A stretch of DNA of 64,000 bases from Lingula anatina (lineage: Eukaryota > Animalia > Brachiopoda): NCBI GenBank assembly GCA_051362555.1, contig CM120641.1:39934401-39998400 (forward strand). Direction: 5' to 3'. The notes beneath the pieces were generated by a model, which was given only the letters and a program-made list of their open reading frames with translations, searched no databases and was not told where the DNA came from. The position numbers and the translations under genes were made by a program. This document shows, piece after piece, positions 11,084 through 23,112 of the stretch. Every line of letters begins with the position of its first letter. The first letter of the stretch is position 1.

Positions 11084-14000
11084 ATGGCTTACTGTAGACT
11101 TGTCTTGCTTGGACTCTTTTCCATGTTTTGGGCAACATGTCCATGCTTCGAACACTTTTCATTCGCGCCCAAAGGAGAGAATTTGGGATCGTTCACTCAT
11201 TGGACCTTGACAGAGGACGCTATATTGAAGGTGGTAGCACGCTTTTTCGAGTCTGATCCCAATGTTCCAGACGGAGAGCTACAGAACTTGCAGCCCTTGT
11301 CAGCAGAACTGCTATTTCACGAATATTACGTGAAGTATTTAAATGGTATGGGGTATTTTATACTTTATTTATGCTTATGCTTTCCTCATTTTGTCTCTTA
11401 GTTTACACCAGGTTATCAGAAAGAGAAGCAAAAAAATATATACTGCCATTGTATCTGTCCCTGTCGTCACCGTAATTGTCGCTGTCTCAGTCCGAAACAT
11501 TTTCCCATCCAATAATTTCCGAACGTTTTTTATTTCATTTTATTTTTTACTTAAAATTTGCCGTGTGGTTTTGTAGGTTAAAACAACTTTGATCGAGTTT
11601 TTATAGGGCGTTCTCCTGAGGCTTGTCGGAAATCCAGAAATATATGTTTATATGCTTCAAGGAAGAGAGAGGAATTAAGGAAGAAATGTTTGCAACTTTG
11701 ATACAGCAACCGGAAACTAATTTTTCTTTATTTGGAAATCTTCTACATTATGATCTTGCTCCAAAAACTGACAGAAATTACTTCTTGAGTGTGATGGAAC
11801 AGCTAGATTATTCATTTTTCTCAGTTTTGTCAAAGGTTCGGCATAAGCAATATTACAGCAGTTGAATATTTTATTACTTTCCATTCCGAAGATTGTTTGC
11901 AGACAGTAAAAAGACAATGTACATGTATAATGGGCCTTTTGTTTTGTTTTGTTTTTAGTAACATCATGAATTTCATTTCCAAATATGGTCCGGATAAGGC
12001 GCCATTCCCATTGGTTTACGTAGATTGACTTAGCTCTGCGGGGACTTTCGCTGAGTGCAATCAGCTTAACAGATTAACACGAAGGCTGTCACGTTGGAAA
12101 CGAGAGGAGGCGTGTCATTCAATTAAGATGATTGCACTTAGTGAGAGCAAGGAGTTATAACAACAACTCCTTGGAGAGAGTCCCCGCATTTAAAATATAG
12201 TGATTTTGTTGCAAATTCCTGATACTTATATTTTAAGCTTAATGGTCCTGCAATAATTTTCTTTTTGAACGAATGTGTTATGTGTCTTAAATCCGCTTTT
12301 TAACGTTAGACACACAGGTAAAACCTGACAAATTTCGAGAAGCTATGAGGCAAATCGTCCAGGTAAACGCCCTGCAGGACTTTAGCTACCCAGACAATGC
12401 AGCCATCCATATGAGAAACGAAAGAATAAAAGAAGGCAAGTTTGGGTGATATCACCGTTGTGTGTCTTTATAATTTCTTCATAAAGAAATCCATAGTAGA
12501 TAACTGCACTAATTTTTGGATGTGTTCTGTACATGTAGCAACTTAACATTATCTACTGCCCAAGTTTTTCTTCAAGTATTTAATCAGTAACAGAGAAACT
12601 ATTTACTGGGAGATGGAGGCATTAAATGTCATTTCACGGTGGATTAAGAGTATCTAAACTTTAAAAGTGGACACCTATTATATATTTTTGTTACCCAACA
12701 CATTTCATTTCAACCATTCGCCCTTCAAAATTCCAGGGTACCTGTGGATCTCAGTGTTTTTCTTTTCTACCCTTGTGGGAATGGAGGGAGAATGGGGTTT
12801 AAAACTCTTAATGATCCATTTGATTTTAATTTGGCCAGGAAGATGATATGCCTGTACACGTCTATAAACACAGTAAACGACAAGGAAAATCACAAGTTTC
12901 GGTTATATGCTATTCCATCGATACTTTATAAAGTACCGTAATGATATGGTCATATCTAAGAATGTAAATCTAAAAGGGAACAGTTTGGATTTTCTTTTTT
13001 ATTACTTTCAGGTCATAAATGGATCGTTAAACTCAGAAAAAGACTCTTAGAAACATTGGCGGAGGACAAACCTAATTATGATGCTGCACGGGACTGGCTT
13101 GGTGAAATTTTCCACACCCTTCAAGATTTCTACAGCAATACCAATTGGATAGAACTTAATTCCGAGGAGGAGTTTTATAGTAATTTAGGTAAGCAAAATT
13201 CCGGCACTATTGTTATGATCATGTTGTGCTGAGACTGACAGTAGTAAAAATACAAGTACTGGCTAGCAAAATGCTTTGTATGTTATGTATTTAGAAATAC
13301 TGAAGAAAAAAAATATTGTCTCTCGAGGAAGCGAAAAGAAAGTTTTCGTCTCTCTTCATGAACTTAACCTGCTATGAATTCTGTTGTATATTTTATCGTT
13401 TACAGGTCTCGAAGATCGTGTCCTTATGCCAATAGCACATTCACAGACACCTGTATGCACAGACTGTAATGACGCAAACGGGTAAGGAATTCCCAGGATA
13501 ATTTATTTTTGCGTTGACACAGAGAACATTTCTCTACTCATCGTTTTTTCTTAATATTTTTCTTTTTGGTTTTGTTTTTTTATTTGCTATTTTGTTTTAC
13601 ATATAGTTAGCTAAACTTCCTCTATAAGCAAATGTTTACTTGTCATTCAGTACTTGCAAAGATAACCTGATTGACATGGGCGATGTTCTGACCAGTGGCT
13701 ATTACAGTATGGGAGACCCTGCTGTTAAACCAGGTGAACGTTTGCGCAGTTTTTAACATTTTAATTTAATTTTATTGTGTTGATTTTTTATTCTTTCAAT
13801 ATTTAGAAGAATGTACATTATTCTTTGTTATAATAAAAATCGCTTGTAACACCAAAGAAAGAGCCACTAATGTACAGAGTAATAACATCTCATTTTAGAT
13901 TTTTTTTAATTGGCTAAATAAATTGACAATAAATAAAAACTCCAGAGTTTAAAACATGCATCAATGAGACCCCTTTAACTTCTTCTTTATTGGCCATCAG

Positions 14001-17000
14001 AAGAAGATGGAAAGTGCAGCCATGGTGGAGCATCTGATCTGACCAGGACCATGTGGCCTAAGGGGGGCATCAATAAAGAAACCAAAGATCCAAAAAAATC
14101 ACCGCATCATTATTATCACGACAAAGCAGCGACCGCGGCTAATAAACATGTAGAATTTTTCTTAGACGGCCCAGGTATGGTTTTACACGCATCCCCTTGG
14201 ACTTGACATGCATGTGTATGTACGTTGCATGATAGTTCCAAGAACAGCTGAACGCACGATTATAACACTAATATGGTTAACTCAGAAAACAAAAGGCTAA
14301 TTTAAGGGCAAGAATTGTCAAATAATGCCATTTTATAAAAATAAGTGAATACTAGTAAGCAATGAAAACGGGTTTGCTTTTCTTTCAGTCACGGGACTTC
14401 GAGCGCTGATAGGGGACCTGAAATTTAAAGAGCTTTTTCAAATTGGACCAATGGTGTCGATGGTGTTTGTTATTGATGACACCGGTTCCATGTCAGAGGA
14501 GATTCATGAAGTAAAACGCAAATGCATCAATATCGTAGAAAATACAGCCGGAACAATTAGGGCTCCATTTGATTATGTTCTTTCCACGTTTAATGACCCA
14601 GGTAAGTCGGAGGGAATAGGGTGAAGGGCAATAGTTAAAAAAGTAAGGTGAAGTTTAGGAGAAAATTTAAAATGTCCTTTTTGTGCATTTAACATCACTT
14701 TAGGTTCCATCCCATTTTAAAATGTTATATTAAGTTTAACGATTTTATAGGCCCCTAACGTTGCTAAAAATTATGATAATCTTCTGTATAGAGCAGTTAA
14801 TTGTTTTAAAGCGACTTTAGTTTGCTTGTCACAGAATATTTAAAAAATGGGGAAAATACACCCTACCGACAGTAAAATAAGCACGATCCAAATGATCCAA
14901 ATATTATATCTGATATGTCAAACTATCATGGAACCACAATATATTGTTCGGTCAGCAAAAGAAAACATTGTATCTCTTGCACACAAGTACTTAAACAAAA
15001 TAAAACATTTTGACAATTTTTCTAAGAAACATACGTTAAGGGGCCCGCACACGGTGAGCATTTGACGCGCGCCACTTGCGCTGCGCCGTTTTCTCATCGT
15101 GTGCGGGGGTATTTTGGTGAGATTTTTGCCTCTCGCGCGGCTGAGCAAAATATCTCACGTGTTTGATATTTTTGGTCTCTTGAGGCAAATGTCTCAGCGT
15201 GTGCGGGGTCCATGCTGATTGCTCACGCCATGCCAACAATGCGCATGCGCCGGTAGCCGGAGACAAAGAAAAATGGCAGCCCCCAGCGAAGTAAACAAAA
15301 ATGTACACAGTTATATTTAGTCTGATTGATTAACGTGGTCACCATTTGCCATTACTTTCAGAAAAAAATGTAATGTTTCCTTAATCACATGATCCCACAG
15401 TTCGCAGTGCGTCCGATAGGGGCAGGCCGGGAGGCACCTCTGCTGAGCAAAGTGCGCATCGTTTGCGTGGAGCTGAGGAGCGCGAGCATCTGGCGCAGCG
15501 CAAGTGGCGCGCGCCAATTGCTCACCGTGTGCGGGCCCCTTAACGTATGTTCCCTAGAAAAATTACCTAGTATAAGCCATGACGCAAAGCCCTTTGAGAT
15601 ACAGTTTAGGTATTTATAAAAACGTCCTTACGTCATGTCTAATTTACCATGACTGAACCACTGAAAAATATATCGGAACGCGGCATAAAAATGAAAATTT
15701 TAAAAATGGCAAGGAACATACGTTACCGTACGTTTTTGGAACATACGTTACCATATAGGGCTCTTAATGTAATGTTAAAGACATGGTAAAAATTAAAAAT
15801 TGAATTTCAGTTGAGACAGTCGTGGATTTTTGTTCTATACACATATAGCCTATGTTTTGATATATTGAATACAATTTTGAATTCATTCATTTTTATTTTT
15901 TGACACTTCAGCATGTGAAATGCACCTCTATATTGTGTTTGGGTGGTAAGTTATTGACCAGAATTTAAAGCCTTTAACTAAAAAATGATGCTAAATATCG
16001 AATATAAGTACAGGGACGGGTCGAGGAATGATTCATGAGTAGGAGGAACCTTTTCGAAGGAAATTCCATAGGGCGGTGAATTCTTGGATAGGGTTCCTTT
16101 ACTATAAACACTTTATGTCAGTTAATGGTCTTCTTGCAGATGGGGTTTCCGATATACCAAAGGGAAACCTGACTATTTACCGGGATTCCGAAGAAATAAT
16201 AGACGCATTGCAAAGTATAACTGTTGGAAGCGGAGGTGACTGCCCAGAGCTTGCCATGTATGGACTGGCAGAAGGTGAGTTGAAGATGTTTGAATATAAA
16301 TCTTCATTGAAAATTAAAGCTTTTGTGTTGAAGAGGATTTGATTTTTTTTTTGATCGTTTGTAAATATACACATTAGCAAATATTTAACCCGTTTGCTCT
16401 TAGTTTGAATCATCACAACAACACTTATGAACAATCCATATTTGGTTTCCAAGTTGATTTAGTGTCTTCTTGTTTTAAACGAGGGACCTCTGAAAAATAT
16501 AGGTAGTATAAGCCCGAAGTATAATTAATTACCTCCGCCAAGGAGGGCGTTTCGTCGCCATTGTTGGTTTATTATTTAACAGCCCCCAAAGGTTAGGGAC
16601 AGATTTTTGAGATGAATCAGAATTTGGCTAACATAAAATGATTATATTTTGGTGATGGCTTATTTATTCATCGATTTATAATAAGAAGACTTGAGATGCA
16701 TTGTTAGACATGATATTTGGCCTACAAGAAGCTAGAAAAAAATGTACGCTTTTCACCTTCAGCCATTAAGGTATGTCAGCCTGGTTCCACAATATACTTT
16801 TTTACGGATGCTGATGCAAAAGACGCAGACAGGGAGGGAGAAATTGAACAACTTGCCCTGGACAAGAACATCAAGATTGAAATGTTGTTGACAGGAAGAT
16901 GTCCAGCTAAAAGGAGACGCAGTTTACAAGGTTTTTATGACCGCATTACAATGTTTGTTTGCTGAATTTGCATGTCTCATAAAGGTTCCTCCTCAAATAA

Positions 17001-20000
17001 ACAAATAGATATAAAACGTGTGTGTGTGCGTGTGTGTGTGTGTGTGTGTGAAAAGTAACATATAAAAATCGGGGTTGTAATGGTGATGTTAGTTAAGAGA
17101 ACAACCGCGCTGCAAATTTTTATGACTTCATTTTCACTCGCAGAAAAGACTAGAAAACACACGAGCTTATTTATATTTAACAACTTTGTCGGCATTTACA
17201 TTTGTCGATTCATTTTTATTTTATATCTTGCGTTTTAGAAAACAGTAAAAGGTCCAGACAAAAACGTGCTCTCTTCACGCCTTCTAGTTTGTATACGAAA
17301 TTAGCAGAAGCCACAGGAGGGACCGTGTATATTACAGATAAAACTCATATAAGCAGTGTTGTCAGTATTATTCAGGTATGGAAAAAAGGGTCGGAAAGAG
17401 CTTTTACAAAAATTGTTAACTGAAATTTTATTGACCAATTGGTAAGCAAAATAAAATCTAAAGCCAACAATATTTGACAATTGTTTTTGTGCTTATTTTC
17501 CTGCTGGTAAAGACGAAATTTATATATTATACTTTTCGTTTTATCACAGGAAGCTACAAGAACGGCCACTGTGAGTGTCACAAGGTTCATCAGCGATGAC
17601 ACTTTCAGAAATTTCATGGTGGACAGCCAATTAAGTGAACTATCTGTTAAGATACTGGGCTCTTCTTATACACCCTCTATAAGAATCGTCTTGCCTGATG
17701 GTAAGGCAAAAAGCGCGGAGAAAAATGTTTTTCCTTTATTGCGAAAAGATGCTCTTATTTACTCGGATTTTTCCAAATTTAATTTAATTATAAGATCAAC
17801 AATTGAAGGGGTCATAAACAATAAGTGAATTATTATTAAATCAAGTAAGGTTTAACTTAAATTCTTTGTTAAAGCTTACTGCATATAAACTCTGTTTTGT
17901 CCTCTGCAGGAACCTTTCATCCAATGAGTGGTAGTGATTTTAATGTTACCAGCTTAGGACCATATGCCAAAGTTTTCACGTTTAAGGTAACTTTATTTGT
18001 AACTCAAGCTTTATAATTTATACCAAATGTTGGATATTAGACAAACCTCGACTTCCACCAACAAATATCGTTATTTTGTGCAACGATGAAATAAATCGTT
18101 TCTATAAACAGCAATACAAGATTTTGTCCTTGCAAGAACCTGCGCTAAAGGCTAAATTATGACGAATATAGAAATCATCGTTTGAAAAAAGTTTACACCC
18201 CGTTGTAGATGAGCCCTTATAATACATTGTATCTTAGAAATTATTTACAGAAACGTTTACTTTCAGAACCCTCCGCCAGGAATCTGGTCATATCAGCGCC
18301 TGTCTTCAGTAGAGAGCTGGCAGGTGGACATAACTGGGCAGAGTATGCTGGATTTTCTCTATGATTTCTTGGAAAAAAATGAAGCAACTGACACATTGTA
18401 TGCTGCCACGGGACGTCCAATAGCCGGTATGAAATAGAAGAACTCCGTGTCTAACACATGCATCTGTATTTTTCGGAACGTTGGCATAAGGAAATCTAAA
18501 ATGCAATAGATTATCGTATGGCACAAATTTCTTGGTTATGAACTGCCCCATTTCCATCTAATTAAGACCATTGAGTTGTATATAGCTCTTTGTTAAGTTA
18601 TAATTGTTTGTTGGAATATAGGGCCCGGGCCTACGTTGTGTACATAGTTTTTCATATGCAACGGAATCACAAATATTGTCCTTTTCGTAGGAGTCAACAC
18701 ATCTATTCTGATCAGGGTGACCGATGTGTACGACAATAATTCTTTGACAACAGTAAAACTTCAAGATGAGAATGGTAATACCACCAGTGAAATATGGCCC
18801 CTCAGGGGCGGTGAGCAACTACGCAACTACTATTTTGCAACGCAAGTTCTACCATCAGAGGTATTAATTTTTTAACTGTTTGAAAGAAGAAAAGAAAAGC
18901 AATTTGAATACTTTTCGAAAATATATCGATTTAATTTTTTAAGCGGCATATGAAGTATTACAGGTTTTAGCTTTTCACTATATTTCTATACAATGTTTTT
19001 TTTATTTGCTAGAAAACTGTATCATTTAACCACTTCACCTTATACATTTATAAAAAGCTCTTTTCTTAAAGGGCATCATCCTCTCAAGTTAGGCTGGAGT
19101 ATCAAGGCATAATATTATTATAATTTCAGAAAACTTAAGTTTTCGACGATAAGCTATAAACTGACAATTTCAGAGTTTCCGTGTGGCCATCGAAGGTTAT
19201 GACAGCAGGGGTTATAGATTTACAAGGCTGTCTACTGCCATGGTTAAAACAGTAAAACTGAAGCTTCAGGTCCATCCTATACCAGGTAAGTAAACCTCAG
19301 GTCCATCCTATACCAGGTAAGTAAACCTCAGGTCCATCCTATACCAGGTAAGGAAATCTCAGGTCTATCCTATACCATTGCAAATAAACCGTCTGGTGTG
19401 CCATCATCATAATGCGTTTGCCATAGCACAGTGTGCTATAAAAGCTCATTGCAATTTTTTAAAAAAATATGAATTTTTTGTAAATGTTGTTAGGTTTATA
19501 TATTACATTTAACCACCCGTTCTGTAATAAATATGATGCATAAGAGACATTTTGGTCAGTCATTAGAAAGATATTGTTCATTTATTTCACAAATTTCACA
19601 ACATTCTTACGTCAACTGTTGAAGAATTCATCTTCTATATTTCAGTCTTGTACACTGGGGAAACCGTCTATGTAAATTATACAGTAACCAATACTGGACC
19701 AGCAGGAAACTTTAATGTGTCAATCCTTGACAGTGAAAATTTGGTAACTGGATCGGCGTCTTCAGTGTTCTATCTATCTCAAGGTGGAAATAGGATTGGT
19801 TCTTTCACCCTGTATGGGGGTATAGATCCAAACGTAACAAGGTAAAAATTAGGTTTACTTAAGCCCTACTTAAATCAGGGAATTATATCGGATTCCCTGC
19901 TTAAATTGATGTGGTAAAAAACGATCTTCATTTTCCGATTTTTAATTATAAGAGAATACAGGTATTACATATTTCACATTAATGTATTGCAAAAGTACGT

Positions 20001-20156
20001 CAACTTATTTTGAAGTTCAGTTTGTATTATACTTACGTTCGGTTATTTTTATCCGTCTTCATCCATTCATCCTTCATCCTTGTTCACCACGTATATGTAA
20101 TTTTACTTTTAGTACTCATTAATATAGTACGAAATGTCACATACGCCTGTCTGTAT

Positions 20157-20200
<44 letters not shown>

Positions 20201-21969
20201 CCTTATATTTAAACTTCTTATTTGAAGCTTTCATTTAACTTTCCATAATAAATACTGTAAACCGCCGACGTGAATATGGTTTTCCATCTTTTCAGCACAA
20301 GTAAGTATTATATATATAATTTAAAAACTAAAAATACGGCGTGTCTTTTCATGTTTTTGTAGCAAAATGATAATATCGGCGGCGCCCAGCGGTGGGGGTA
20401 GTTTGACAGCTCAATATAAAATACGGCGGATATCTGTCGGGGAGAGGCTTGAACAGGTACACCTGTCGCACTTATTGTTGCAAATAGGCAATGAAAGAGA
20501 CATAATGAATTTTTCAGACAAATTTCTAACCGAATCAGTGGTGATTTTCGTAATAATTCTCTTAATGTGATCACATAGGTGTCTTTATAATGACCTTTTT
20601 TTCAACTATCAATTGTGACATCGATATTTTGGCACTTTCAACGCATTTTAGTTCCTTATATTTTACCATGCCATGTGTTCTATGAATATTTCAGGTTGAG
20701 GATGATGCCGCTCCAAACTGCACCATTTTGTCATCCGTTGACCCATGTCAGCTAGACCAGCTGGACCCCTGCGTGTGCCACGCCCACTTGTGGCACGTGA
20801 CTGCTGAGATCACCGAAACTGGGTTTGGCTTGCATCGTATCTACGCCGGAAAACTTAACAGTAGTTCGGCGGCGTTTTCTTACGACAATTTTACATCTGC
20901 GTCTTCACTTACAAACCCGGTGATGGTAAATATGAGGTAAAGAAAAAATGGAATGGGATCTGTCAAAACTTACAACTAAATTTAAAAATAATATGATGCA
21001 GATGTTATCGCCAACCTAAAGAAAAGTCATGACCTTGCGTGTTGAGGAGAGTATCTTAGTCGAAGCCCATCAGTTAATTCAATAAAAGAGCTTCCTGATG
21101 ATTTCGAAACACGCACTAAAAATGACTAAAGAGAATTTCAAAAATTCAAATGCCCGCCATAATATGCAAACATTTTCTCCTTCAGCTCTGATTGCTGCAA
21201 CCCTCTAGTTTACATCAACGCGGGGGATTTAGCCGGTAACCTTGGCCAATGTACCATAGACCACAGGTTACATGGAGTTCCCAGTGAGTGTATTGAAACC
21301 ACTACGACTATCGAGGGCACCACAACCGCGTATGATGCGCCGACAACAGGTACGGCGGAGAACCCGGAGGCCACGACTGTTAGTGCCACTACCCATACCA
21401 TTGCTGCTACACAAAATACCGCACCCCCCTCAGTAACCAATGGCGAATCAACACTTTCATTCGAAGTTTCTACTCCTGAAACAACTGACGTTGATGTAAC
21501 ATCCCCAACCGAAGATACTTCTCCCAAAACAACTAATGACGTGTCAGTTACTATTTCATCCAATGAAACAGTTCGACCAGGCTATTCGAATAGTCGATAT
21601 GGAGAACCGTATCCCAATGAGCCTTCGCCTATCATCCCAACTTACGGTATAGCTCTTTTGGTGGTAGGGGTCATCATCGTAATTCTTGGAGGCACATTGT
21701 TCCTTTATAAGAAAGGAATTATTTTCAAATCTCTTAATTTACAAAGACGAATTGCCCCCTGCCAAGATGTAGATGTCATCAAAGCGGACTACGTCGTGGA
21801 TGGGAAAAGTTCTGCATCAGTAAATGAGAACAACGGTGAATCGAGTGCACCAGTAAATGAGAACAACGGTGAATCGAGTGCATCAGTAAATGAGAACAAC
21901 GGTGACTCGAGTGCACCTGAAGCCACTTTACAAAAAGACGTGGTTATAGATTATTTCATTTATGTGTAA
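11084..21969 (+). CDS. VWA7-like type I membrane protein, copy 1. Exons 11084-11345, 12310-12435, 13012-13188, 13406-13481, 13651-13733, 14001-14174, 14389-14601, 16140-16274, 16763-16930, 17239-17375, 17550-17700, 17910-17986, 18267-18426, 18691-18860, 19174-19285, 19646-19841, 20363-20456, 20695-20936, 21186-21969
   Basis: Signal peptide; HET-C-like LGEIFHTLQDFYSNTNWIEL; KCSHGG; GGINKE; MIDAS FVIDDTGSM; GGDCPE; IYFFTDADAKD; polybasic RRRS/RQKR; CC-containing C-terminal domain; Thr-rich stalk; TM helix IALLVVGVIIVILGGTLFLY. Confidence 0.87.
15040..15539. mobile_element. MITE with ~48-bp TIRs flanked by TTAA (Kolobok-like termini, tentative)
   Basis: ggggcccgcacacggtgagca...cacttgcgctgcgcc inverted at both ends with 2 mismatches; ttaa at 15036-15039 and 15540-15543. 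Confidence 0.85.
19266..19377 (+). repeat. 31-bp minisatellite spanning the exon 15 donor (~3.5 units)
   Basis: Unit ctcaggtccatcctataccaggtaagtaaac. Confidence 0.9.
21811..21917 (+). repeat. 33-bp coding repeat (SSA[S/P]VNENNG[E/D] x3) in cytoplasmic tail; also at ~45585-45693
   Basis: Seen in the translation of both paralogs. Confidence 0.85.
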
Positions 21970-22056
21970 AATACAGAAAAGATTTGCCTGATATTTTGTA
22001 CTGGTATTGAGTACAGTTGGTGCACGGTCTAGATGTACAGTGACATACTTGTGATA

Positions 22057-22295
22057 CACACACTGGACAAAAGAAGTGTCACCCCCTGAATCAGAGAAAT
22101 CAAAGTTATAAACCTGAAGAGGCGGAATATAAGCAATGTCAGAATATCGATACAGTTGAATTGTTCAGTCAGAACCGTTTCTTTTGTGAAATTTGATGTT
22201 AATAAAATGATACCAGGAGCATATCATTCCACAGTCATTTATCTCCCCCAAAGTATTGGTTCAGTTGGGGTGACACTTCTATTATCCAGTGTGTG
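22057..22295. mobile_element. Internal-deletion derivative of the Tc1 family at 53199-54575, opposite orientation
   Basis: Same TIR cacacactggacaa.agaagtgtcacccc; interior matches reverse complement of ~54280-54345 and ~53225-53312; empty TA site in unit 2 (cttgtgaTAgaatc, ~45860). Confidence 0.88.
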
Positions 22296-23112
22296 AAGAA
22301 TCAATACTCTCATTATCTGGGTTCGTTTTGCACAGTGCTTCATATTCAAGAATAAAACATCGTATTATATTGTTATTTATCATTTGGAAATATATGTTTA
22401 TATTTTAATAATTGTAATTTGGTTTGACCTTTAAGTTGTGCGCTGTATGCTTTATGCTGCTCATACCAAGTATTCATTGGCATCGGATAGTGCCAATGAA
22501 TAAAATGGAACTGACATGTTTTCGATGACGCAGGTCGAAGTGCCCTTACAGGTACATGTATACAAGGTTAGACAGGCAAAACAGATAACCAGTCCTTCGG
22601 TTTATTTAGTTGCTGATAATTCAGTCTCATTTTCGCCATCATTGGATTGTTGTCGCCATATATAATTTCGTAGTTGTTTCTGAGGGAAAATTGCTTAAAT
22701 TTTGAAAATAATTTGAATATTGATTTGTATGTATAAACAATAGGCATTTTAAAGGCCTTTTTAAAAACTTCAATCTCTAAAAAATTCAAATTTCCTGGGG
22801 TGTCAATTTCTTTCTTCAATATTCAGGCCTAATAAACGAAATTGTCGTTTGTGACCTTGGAGCCACTTCACCTGCCCGTTCGGTTCTTACAATTGGACAT
22901 TGAGATCGAAGTTTATTTCGTTGATTCGGCGATTGCAATCACAAACCCGCTACTCCAAGTGTTACATATATGGACTACTCTAAGCATTTGAAGGTCAGGT
23001 TGGTCAGTACATTGGGACGATTTCGTCGGCGTGGCCCTCTCTTAATACACCTTTAGGGCTGTCTAATTTCTGTTAGTAGGCTATTATTCACGGGCGAATA
23101 TTATCCTAAAGG

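Larger units (their letters stand above)
8717..22960 (+). repeat. Tandem segmental duplication, unit 1
   Basis: tggactact...aaggtcaggttggtca at ~8717 recurs at ~22971; ...aaacccgctactccaagt ending 22960 recurs ending 49378. Exons and most introns align between units. Confidence 0.9.

Noticed and set aside
11959-11990. Conserved intronic block after ttttag resembling an exon (also ~28011)
   Set aside because: Stop codon in the required phase; conservation is explained by the duplication.
14847-15619. Cluster of overlapping short ORFs
   Set aside because: Arise from the GC-rich MITE TIRs; no transposase motifs.
19266-19377. 31-bp repeats resembling a CRISPR array
   Set aside because: Head-to-tail with no unique spacers, no cas genes, eukaryotic intron.
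20296-20300. Apparent 5-nt microexon (ttttcag CACAA gtaagt) in VWA7-like copy 1
   Set aside because: Exons 16 and 17 join in frame without it, inclusion creates a stop, and it is absent from copy 2; a poison role cannot be excluded but has no support.
21210-21563. Val-rich minus-strand ORFs (also 45049-45345)
   Set aside because: Antisense shadow of the Thr-rich stalk exon.
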